The notes beneath the pieces were generated by a model. The model was given only the letters and a program-made list of their open reading frames with translations. It was not told the origin of the DNA and did no database searches. The translations under genes and the position numbers were made by a program. A DNA stretch of 12,109 bases. Origin: Candidatus Hodarchaeota archaeon. GTDB taxonomy: Archaea > Asgardarchaeota > Lokiarchaeia > Sigyniarchaeales > SOKP01. Of the stretch, positions 1 to 7,179 are shown piece by piece (within the stretch, counting starts at the first letter, position 1; each line of letters starts with the position of its first letter). The stretch spans positions 1-12,109 of the forward strand of contig JBHLJY010000039.1 of the NCBI GenBank assembly GCA_048887225.1, written 5' to 3'.

Positions 1-1
1 A

Positions 2-457
2 CCCGAAATAACAGAACCAGAACCACCCGAAATAAGAGAACCAGAACTACCCGAAATAAGAGAACCAGAACCACCCGAAATAAGAGAACCAGAACTACCC
101 GAAATAAGAGAACCAGAACCACCCGAAATAACAGAACCAGAACCACATGAAATAAGAGAACCAGAACCACATGAAATAACAGAATCTGAACTACCCGAAA
201 TAAGAGAACCAGAACCACATGAAATAACAGAACCTGAACTACCCGAAATAAGAGAACCAGAACTACCCGAAATAACAGAACCAGAACCACCCGAAATAAG
301 AGAACCAGAACCACCTGAAATAAGAGAACCAGAACCACATGAAATAACAGAACCAGAACCACATGAAATAACAGAACCAGAACCACCCGAAATAACAGAA
401 CCAGAACCACCCGAAATAACAGAACCAGAACCACATGAAATAACAGAACCAGAACCT
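2..457 (+). repeat. Coding tandem repeat: 19 contiguous 24-bp units, consensus CCC GAA ATA ACA/AGA GAA CCA GAA CCA
   Basis: Read unit by unit: exact 24-nt period (2-25 through 434-457) with no indels and no spacers. Variants are confined to codon 1 (CCC/CCT/CAT), codon 4 (ACA/AGA), codon 6 (CCA/CCT/TCT) and codon 8 (CCA/CTA/CCT). It probably continues upstream of the window. Confidence 0.98.
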
Positions 458-631
458 TCACCTCCCGAAGCACCAACCACATTGGAACAAATTAATGCTA
501 TTGAAACATCGGAATCACTTCAAACTCCTGATGAGGAAGGGAAACAAAAAATTCGTGAAATAGAAAAAGCTCTTAAAAAAGCTCGTAAAATAGAAAAAGC
601 TCTTAAAAAAGAAAAGAAAAGAGCGAAATAA
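2..631 (+). CDS. 5'-truncated protein, C-terminal part: Pro/Glu-rich 8-aa tandem repeats followed by a Lys/Arg-rich helical tail; function unknown
   Basis: Frame +2 is open from the window edge to TAA at 629-631: (PEITEPEP-like)x19, then SPPEAPTTLEQINAIETSESLQTPDEEGKQKIREIEKALKKARKIEKALKKEKKRAK*. Frames +1 and +3 contain stops within the repeat. It is absent from the ORF track, presumably because its start lies upstream of the window. Confidence 0.85.
   Translation, partial: PEITEPEPPEIREPELPEIREPEPPEIREPELPEIREPEPPEITEPEPHEIREPEPHEITESELPEIREPEPHEITEPELPEIREPELPEITEPEPPEIREPEPPEIREPEPHEITEPEPHEITEPEPPEITEPEPPEITEPEPHEITEPEPSPPEAPTTLEQINAIETSESLQTPDEEGKQKIREIEKALKKARKIEKALKKEKKRAK
554..613 (+). 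repeat. 30-bp tandem duplication encoding REIEKALKKA / RKIEKALKKE
   Basis: 554-583 cgtgaaatagaaaaagctcttaaaaaagct versus 584-613 cgtaaaatagaaaaagctcttaaaaaagaa: 27 of 30 positions identical. Confidence 0.93.
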
Positions 632-781
632 CTAAAAAAAAAGAGCTTTTATTGAAGAATAGCTAAAAATTTTATCTATTTAAAAAAAAGCCGTCATTTT
701 TGTTTAGAAAAGTTTAATTTATATCCGAGTCTAATTTTCATTTTACCTAAATTTACATCTAATCCTATATTTCTTTAATTT

Positions 782-1414
782 ATGAAAAAACACAATATTA
801 AAACTTTAGTCTTTGATTTAGGCGGTGTTTATTTTACTCGTGGGTCGAACCTTGCGATTGAAAAAATTATTGATTTATATGATATTGAAAAACATCATCT
901 ACTCAGGGAGTTTTTTAGAGATGGATATAAGAAGGAAGGGCATTTAATACGACTAGGCATGATCTCAATGAATGAGTTCGAAGAAAAATTAATATCGGCT
1001 TTTAATATAAAAGAAGATAATATCCACCATATTAGGCATTTATGGTTCGGCTCGTATGTTCCTCATTACAAAATGGAAGCGCTTATTGACAAGTTAGGTG
1101 AAAAATTTCGATTAGTTATTTTTAGTGGTAATGTTAGAGAACGAGTTGAATTTTTAGATAATCGATATCATTTTCTCGAAAAATTTGATGACTATGTATT
1201 TAGTTTCGATTATCAAAAAAATAAAGGTCAAATTGGATTTTACAAAGAACTTTTAAAACATCTTAATTGTGAACCGTCAGAAGCAATTCTTATTGATGAT
1301 GAGAGAAAAACTATAAGATTTGCAAAAGGGATTGGACTTAATATAATTTTATATTATTATACGGAACAATTAATAGATGAGTTAAAAAAGTACGATATAG
1401 ATGTAAATTTATAA
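782..1414 (+). CDS. HAD-superfamily hydrolase, subfamily IA (YihX/glucose-1-phosphatase-like phosphatase)
   Basis: Motif I LVFDLGGV, motif II IFSGN, motif III Lys (SFDYQKNKG), motif IV ILIDD, and a helical cap between motifs I and II; 210 aa. Confidence 0.88.
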   Translation: MKKHNIKTLVFDLGGVYFTRGSNLAIEKIIDLYDIEKHHLLREFFRDGYKKEGHLIRLGMISMNEFEEKLISAFNIKEDNIHHIRHLWFGSYVPHYKMEALIDKLGEKFRLVIFSGNVRERVEFLDNRYHFLEKFDDYVFSFDYQKNKGQIGFYKELLKHLNCEPSEAILIDDERKTIRFAKGIGLNIILYYYTEQLIDELKKYDIDVNL

Positions 1415-1445
1415 AATCGATATTTATTTAATTAAAAAAAACCCA

Positions 1446-4250
1446 TTGTCAATTAAAATGAAAGCAAATAATATAATAATTGTTCAAGAGACTCATTGGG
1501 ATCGTGAATGGTATCTTACTTTTCAAGAGTTTAGGGCAAGGCTAGTTCTAATGATGGATAAATTATTAAATATTTTAAAAACTGACCCAAATTATAAAAA
1601 TTTTACGTTGGACGGGCAAGTCATTCCATTAGAAGATTATTTAGAAGTGAAACCAGAAAGGGAAGATGAAATTAAAAAATATATAAAAGAAAAACGAATT
1701 TCAATAGGTCCAATGTATGTTTTACCAGATGAGTTTCTAATAAGTGGCGAATCATTGATAAGAAATTTTATGGTTGGACATCAGATTGCTAGGAAATTTG
1801 GAAATATAATGAAAGCGGGTTATATTCCCGATACGTTTGGCCATATCGCTCAATTGCCTCAAATTTTAAGTGGTTTTGAGATCCCTTCATTTCTTTTTGC
1901 AAGAGGTTTTGGTAACGAATTTGAGGAAAAGAATTTAAATATGGAATTTATTTGGAATGCTCCTGGAAATGCCGCATCAATTTTAAGTATACATTTAATT
2001 GCGGGATATGGTTCCGTAGCAGAATTAAATATGAAAATAAGAGGTGGTCAATTCAAAATGGCTCTTAAAAAGATTAATAGAGTTGTTTCGAAATTAGAGG
2101 ATTATACGGCAACGCCATATTTATTACTTAATAGTGGGTCTGACCATCATGATGCACGTCCGGAAATCCCTAGCATTGTTAAGCAATGGAATGAACTTTT
2201 TCCTGAAAAATACATGGAACAAAATGATTTTGAATATTACATTAATAAAGTATTGGAAACTGAACAAAAATTAAACTCGTTTCAAGGAGAGCTTAGGGGA
2301 GGAAAATATAATAATTTACTATCAGGAGTTTTTTCTGCTAGAATGTGGATAAAGCAGAGAAATACAGGTATAGAACATTTATATGAAAAATATACTGAAC
2401 CATTATCTACCATTACATGGGTTCTTGATAAATATTATCAGTTCAATTATCCCGTAGAATACATTCGCAATGGCATCAAATGGCTATTAAAAAACCATCC
2501 ACATGATTCAATTTGTGGGTGTAGTATTGATCAAGTTCACGATGAGATGAAAACTAGGTTTGATTGGGCAGAACAAATTGGAAACGAGGTGTTTAAAAAC
2601 TCCTTTATCTATTTAAACGACTTAATTAAATTTAAAATAAAAAATAAAGATCAAATCGAGTTAATTATCTATAATCCTCTTCCATGGAAACGTGAAGATA
2701 TTGTTAAATTTGACATTGTTGCTCTAGGAGAATTAGGTACCAGAATTTATCCGAATAATTTAATAATTCTAGAGAATAGTGGAAAAGAAGTTGAATACCA
2801 ATATTTCTCTCTAAAAGGAATACCAAATTTTACTCGTGAACAAGATACTCACTATCAATTAACCTTTTTAGCTAAAGTCCCTGCTTGTGGGTATAAGGCT
2901 TATTATATAATTCCGCAAGAAAATAGTAAAATATATAAATCTGATTCAGAGAATTTCAAATTAATTGGTAATTCTATAGAAAACGGATTTTATCGAATTG
3001 AAATTAGCAGAAACGGGAAAATTGACGTATATAATAAAATAACTGGAATTAATTATGAGAATATATGTCAATTTGAGGATGTTGGTGATTGGGGTGATGA
3101 ATATGACTATTCAGGGCCAAATAAAGATCAAATTGATTTAAAGTTCCAAACAAAAGACGCGAAAATTACTGAAATTTCTCATTTCTTAAACGGCCCTACG
3201 CACAAAACAATTAAAATTAATATGATCCTAAAATTACCCGTTTCTTTATCAAAAAATCGAAAGAGAAGAGAAGATGTTCAAGTTGATAACGATATTGTAA
3301 TTTACATATCGTTATATGAGGGAATAGATCGAATAGATTTTAAGATTGAATTAACGAATAAAAGCAGAGATCATCGGATTCGAGTGTTATTTCCGTCAAA
3401 TATTAAATCTAATAAAGTTTATGCAGATGGACATTTCTATATTGTTCCAAGAAATGTAGAGTTACCGAATAGTGAAGGATGGATGCAAGAAGCTTTACCT
3501 ACAAATCATCAGAAAGATTTTGTGAGTGTTAGTGATGAAAAAACTTGCTTTGCTGTACTAAATAAGGGTTTACCTGAATATGAAACAATAAGGGAAAATG
3601 ATGGGACTATATCTCTTGCAATAACCTTATTACGATGCGTTGAATGGCTTTCACGTATGAAATTTGCCACGAGAAGGAGTATTGCAGGACCAGACATAAA
3701 AACACCTGATGCACAATGTCTTGGAAAACATGAATTTGAATTATCACTTATCATTAAAGAAAAAGACTTAAACCTTCTAAATTCAGAGATCCATCTAAAA
3801 GGAAAAGAATTTAATAATCCTTTAAGACCGACATTTCTTTCGATTATAAAAGAAACACCATTACGATTCTCTGACATTTTTATTTTAAATGCTGAAGTCT
3901 TTAGATACTTCCAACGACCCTATGTTAAAACCGTTGAATCTTATTTACCAACTGAATTGAGCTTTTTGGAAATTGATAATAAAAAGATTCAGTTAAGTGC
4001 TTTGAAAAAATCAGAAGTAGATAATTCTTTAATTGTAAGATGTTATAATTTAGCGTCTACTACTGAGAAAACAATTTTGAAATTCTTCGAAAGAATTTCA
4101 CTTAAAGACGTAAAACTCGTTAATTTATTAGAAGAAAACCCTATAAACAAAATTAAAGCAGACTTAGAATTACTAGATGAGAATAAAATAGAATTAAGCT
4201 TAGAACCACATGTAATCGCTACAATTAAAATTAGTTTTGAAGTAAAATAG
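1446..4250 (+). CDS. Glycoside hydrolase family 38 alpha-mannosidase (MngB/mannosylglycerate hydrolase-like)
   Basis: THWDREWY (metal-binding His/Asp), FTLDGQ, GPMYVLPDEFLISGES, YIPDTFGH (nucleophile Asp), SGSDH, HPHDSICGCSID, EDVGDWGDEYDYS, ITLLRCVEWLSR and TPDAQCLG. No signal peptide. The start is TTG 1446 or the in-frame ATG at 1458. Confidence 0.95.
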   Translation: MSIKMKANNIIIVQETHWDREWYLTFQEFRARLVLMMDKLLNILKTDPNYKNFTLDGQVIPLEDYLEVKPEREDEIKKYIKEKRISIGPMYVLPDEFLISGESLIRNFMVGHQIARKFGNIMKAGYIPDTFGHIAQLPQILSGFEIPSFLFARGFGNEFEEKNLNMEFIWNAPGNAASILSIHLIAGYGSVAELNMKIRGGQFKMALKKINRVVSKLEDYTATPYLLLNSGSDHHDARPEIPSIVKQWNELFPEKYMEQNDFEYYINKVLETEQKLNSFQGELRGGKYNNLLSGVFSARMWIKQRNTGIEHLYEKYTEPLSTITWVLDKYYQFNYPVEYIRNGIKWLLKNHPHDSICGCSIDQVHDEMKTRFDWAEQIGNEVFKNSFIYLNDLIKFKIKNKDQIELIIYNPLPWKREDIVKFDIVALGELGTRIYPNNLIILENSGKEVEYQYFSLKGIPNFTREQDTHYQLTFLAKVPACGYKAYYIIPQENSKIYKSDSENFKLIGNSIENGFYRIEISRNGKIDVYNKITGINYENICQFEDVGDWGDEYDYSGPNKDQIDLKFQTKDAKITEISHFLNGPTHKTIKINMILKLPVSLSKNRKRREDVQVDNDIVIYISLYEGIDRIDFKIELTNKSRDHRIRVLFPSNIKSNKVYADGHFYIVPRNVELPNSEGWMQEALPTNHQKDFVSVSDEKTCFAVLNKGLPEYETIRENDGTISLAITLLRCVEWLSRMKFATRRSIAGPDIKTPDAQCLGKHEFELSLIIKEKDLNLLNSEIHLKGKEFNNPLRPTFLSIIKETPLRFSDIFILNAEVFRYFQRPYVKTVESYLPTELSFLEIDNKKIQLSALKKSEVDNSLIVRCYNLASTTEKTILKFFERISLKDVKLVNLLEENPINKIKADLELLDENKIELSLEPHVIATIKISFEVK

Positions 4251-4376
4251 ACTTTAGTTCAAGTTGAAACTTAAATTGTTTATAAATCTTAGATTAAATA
4301 ATAATACTTATTTAGGATAACAATTAAAGTTATTATTAATTTCAAATTTTATCAAAACAATCTTAAGTGATTTAAA

Positions 4377-5789
4377 TTGAATAGCGAAAATCGTGAGTCT
4401 GAAACAGAATATTCAACAAAAAAGGCGTTATTGTATTCATTTGCGGGACTGAGTGATGTATTAATATTCCAGTTTTTTACATTTCTAATTTTTACTTTTT
4501 ATTTTGCTGTAGTTGGATTGCATGTATTTTATATTACAATTGGATTTATTATTTGGAGTGTATGGAACTCAATAAACGACCCAATGTTAGGTGCATTATC
4601 AGATCGTACGAGCTCTAAATGGGGTAGGCGTAAACCTTATATTATAGCTGGCATATATCCTTTATGCATTGTGGTAATATTACTTTGGACACCACCAATA
4701 GGAAGTTCTCAATTAATTATTTTTGCCTATTTTCTAATAATTATTATTATATGGGAGCTTTTTTACACAATGTACGCTTTAAACCAAACTGCGATATTTC
4801 CGGAAATGTTTCGAGATTTAGAGGAACGATCCAAGGCAAATACGTTTGTGCAATTTTTTCAGATTATTTCACTTATGATAGCTTTTATCCTACCAAGTTT
4901 TTTTATTCCAGCCTACGATGATCCCAGATACTCCACAAATTATATATTTGCCGGGATTACGATAGCAATAATCAGCGCAATTTGTGCAACGATTTTTATT
5001 AAGTTCGGTTTAAAAGAAAGGATTGAATTTTCAAAAGACCCTGAAACAGCACCAAAGTTCTTTATGTCCTTAAAATATAGTCTTAAAAATAAGGCGTTTC
5101 TAACTTTTGTAGGCGCTAATTTTGCCCTATGGTATACGTTTGCTATGTTACCAACAATTGTGCCCCTTTATGGTCACTTTGTTTTAGGGATTGAAGACTC
5201 GTTGGTGTTATCTTTATTTTTAGCTACTACCTTTATTTCTGCCGCAATTTTTGTATTTATATGGCGAAGCGTTGTTCCAAGAATCGGAGCTAAACAAGCA
5301 TTTCTTTGGGCATTAATTATATATATAATAACTTTGGTTCCGTTTATGTTCATTACAGAATTCATTCCAGTATTCTTTGTATTCATGGCATTTTTTATAG
5401 TGGGTATTGGGATTGCAGGAGCTTTAGTTGTTCGGGATGTTGCAATTGGAGCAATTATAGACGAAGATGAGCTTAGAACAGGAATTCGTAGAGAAGGAGG
5501 TTTTTACGGCATCAATGGCTTTATTATAAAACTTTCGAATGTCGCAGTCTTCGTTTCTATTGCGTTAGTCTTTACTGGAACTGGCTGGGCTATATTTGAC
5601 CCTGTAGGAACAACTGAAGAAACTATATTTGGCTTAAGGAGTTTAATGTTCATATTTCCAGCAAGTGTTTTAGGAATTGGAATAATATTCATTTTGCTAT
5701 TTCCGATTACAAAAGAAAAATATGAAAAAATAACTCAAGACGCAAAGAAATTACACAAAAAGAAGAAAGAAATAGTTGTTGGCATTTAA
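4377..5789 (+). CDS. MFS transporter, glycoside-pentoside-hexuronide (GPH/MelB-like, MFS_2) family
   Basis: About 12 hydrophobic segments; signature WNSINDPMLGALSDRTSSKWGRRKPYI; loop IIDEDELRTGIRREGGFYG followed by FIIK; TTG start. Confidence 0.92.
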   Translation: MNSENRESETEYSTKKALLYSFAGLSDVLIFQFFTFLIFTFYFAVVGLHVFYITIGFIIWSVWNSINDPMLGALSDRTSSKWGRRKPYIIAGIYPLCIVVILLWTPPIGSSQLIIFAYFLIIIIIWELFYTMYALNQTAIFPEMFRDLEERSKANTFVQFFQIISLMIAFILPSFFIPAYDDPRYSTNYIFAGITIAIISAICATIFIKFGLKERIEFSKDPETAPKFFMSLKYSLKNKAFLTFVGANFALWYTFAMLPTIVPLYGHFVLGIEDSLVLSLFLATTFISAAIFVFIWRSVVPRIGAKQAFLWALIIYIITLVPFMFITEFIPVFFVFMAFFIVGIGIAGALVVRDVAIGAIIDEDELRTGIRREGGFYGINGFIIKLSNVAVFVSIALVFTGTGWAIFDPVGTTEETIFGLRSLMFIFPASVLGIGIIFILLFPITKEKYEKITQDAKKLHKKKKEIVVGI

Positions 5790-5802
5790 AATATAATTTC
5801 TA

Positions 5803-5819
5803 TCTATTTATTTTTTTTT
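5803..5819 (+). terminator. Possible archaeal oligo(T) terminator for the HAD-GH38-MFS transcript, overlapping the last codons of the convergent argF
   Basis: The T-rich tract ctatttattttttttt begins 14 nt after the MFS stop. Oligo-T tracts are known archaeal intrinsic terminators, but this one is also simply the reverse complement of the argF Lys/Asn codons. Confidence 0.35.
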
Positions 5820-6718
5820 AACAATTTAAGCATCAGCGCCTTTTGGAAATGGATTCTATTTTTTGCTTGGTGAAACACAATCGAATTCTCTGAGTCCAAT
5901 ATTTCATTTGTTATTTCAAATCCTCGATGAGCAGGTAAACAATGCATTATTAACGGGCTTTTTGAAGCGGAACTTAGTAATTCACTATTTACTTGGAATT
6001 TAGGCAAAAATATTTTTAATCTTTTCTCAGTCTCCTTTTCTTGCCCCATAGATACGAATGTATCTGTATATACAACGTCAGCTTCCTTTATAGCTTCTTT
6101 TGGATTGGTATAAATTTTGAAAAATTGAGAATTTTTTTCTTTTTTAACCCAATCTATTATCTCTTGATGAGGTCTATATCTCTCTGGAGTAGCGACTAGA
6201 ATAGGAATTTTTAACTTTACACATCCAATAATTAAAGAATTACACACATTATTACCATCTCCCACCCATGAAACTTGAATATTTTCAAAATTTCCAAATT
6301 TTTCGCGTAGTGTCATTAAATCTGATAAAATTTGACATGGATGGTACATATCGGATAAGCCATTTATAACGGGAACATTCGAAGCATCCCTCATAACTTC
6401 AAGAATCTCATGCTCGTTCACTCGAGCCATAATTAAATCAACATAGCAACTAATACTTTTTATCTCATCCTTTAATGCCCCTAAATGGAGATTTGTTGTT
6501 CGCCAGTCTATATAAATAGCGTTACCTCCCAATTGATACATACCATTTTCAAATGAGATTCTTGTCCTTGTTGATGTTTTCTGGAACAATAAAGCTATAC
6601 TTTTTCCATTTAGCGCGGAAGAATATTCATTTGGATTTTTTTTCACATCTTCCGCTAGATCTAATAATTCTAAGATCTCTTTATCAGTTAAGTCTTTAAT
6701 TGTTAATAAGTCGTTCAT
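5804..6718 (-). CDS. argF: Ornithine carbamoyltransferase
   Basis: Carbamoyl-phosphate motif FQKTSTRTRISFE, NGLSDMYHPCQILSD, GDGNNV, the ornithine-binding DTFVSMG loop, and MHCLPAHRG; 304 aa. Confidence 0.96.
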   Translation of the reverse strand: MNDLLTIKDLTDKEILELLDLAEDVKKNPNEYSSALNGKSIALLFQKTSTRTRISFENGMYQLGGNAIYIDWRTTNLHLGALKDEIKSISCYVDLIMARVNEHEILEVMRDASNVPVINGLSDMYHPCQILSDLMTLREKFGNFENIQVSWVGDGNNVCNSLIIGCVKLKIPILVATPERYRPHQEIIDWVKKEKNSQFFKIYTNPKEAIKEADVVYTDTFVSMGQEKETEKRLKIFLPKFQVNSELLSSASKSPLIMHCLPAHRGFEITNEILDSENSIVFHQAKNRIHFQKALMLKLLKKNK

Positions 6719-6792
6719 AGAGAGGTATAATTTATTTGTTTTTTAGATATTTTTTTAAATATAATAAAATTAAGTTCTAAAGTTATTAAAAA

Positions 6793-6909
6793 TTAATTCG
6801 GAGCCCCATCTGATATAATTTCTTTTTTCATCTCCCCTTTCTTATCTTTTTTTTGATCATACCAATATTTTTTCTTTCTTAGTATTCTACTTTCGCTTTT
6901 TTCTGCCAA
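6793..6909 (-). CDS. Possible 38-aa basic peptide (TTG start), or a frameshifted C-terminal extension of the 66-aa membrane protein
   Basis: The minus-strand frame is open from 6912 to the TAA at 6795-6793 and reads MAEKSESRILRKKKYWYDQKKDKKGEMKKEIISDGAPN* from TTG 6909. It overlaps the end of ORF 6879-7079 by 31 nt. Confidence 0.3.
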   Translation of the reverse strand: MAEKSESRILRKKKYWYDQKKDKKGEMKKEIISDGAPN

Positions 6910-7079
6910 TTTTTAACTATAACCATCATAATTACTAGCGAAATTACGTATATTATTAGGAATAGTGTCCACAAGATTAATTCTTCGTTATTGTTTTCTA
7001 TAGACGCTCTAATTATTCTATAAATGAAATATATACATAAAAGCCATAGTAATTGCATTCTTTGCTGTAGTTTATTCAT
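6879..7079 (-). CDS. Small hypothetical membrane protein with two predicted TM helices
   Basis: Two hydrophobic stretches (LLWLLCIYFIYRII; LILWTLFLIIYVISLVIMMVIV), basic termini, an acidic loop (ENNNEE), ATG start and an upstream AAGGT. Confidence 0.65.
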   Translation of the reverse strand: MNKLQQRMQLLWLLCIYFIYRIIRASIENNNEELILWTLFLIIYVISLVIMMVIVKNWQKKAKVEY

Positions 7080-7179
7080 TGTTATTACCTTTTTTCACGA
7101 AATTTCTTCTAATAAATATTATTATAATATTAGAAATTAAAATTATAGTATAACATAATAAAAAATAGATAGTCTCGAA

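Noticed and set aside
2-457. Repeat array as a CRISPR array or iteron/origin
   Set aside because: The units abut with no unique spacers, the period is a multiple of 3, the frame continues into a non-repetitive C-terminus, and no cas or rep gene is nearby.
2-457. Open minus-strand frame across the repeat (GSGSVISG-like)
   Set aside because: Open antisense frames are an expected by-product of a short repeat. The + frame is better supported by its natural C-terminus and its orientation with the downstream genes.
806-829. HAD motif I DLG instead of DxD as a sign of inactivation
   Set aside because: FDLGGV/FDLGNV is the normal motif in the YihX-like HAD-IA subgroup.
3509-3877. 122-aa antisense ORF
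   Set aside because: It lies wholly inside the conserved GH38 gene and has no motif; a shadow ORF.
4664-4921. 85-aa alternative-frame ORF
   Set aside because: It is nested out of frame within the intact MFS gene and has no recognisable features.
5174-5692. 70-aa and 62-aa antisense ORFs
   Set aside because: Ile/Asn/Lys-rich mirror translations of hydrophobic MFS codons.
6896-6902. Canonical A_AAA_AAG programmed -1 ribosomal frameshift site
   Set aside because: The heptamer is out of phase with the upstream frame (CAG AAA AAA GCG) and I see no stimulatory hairpin. The overlapping frame itself is kept as a finding.
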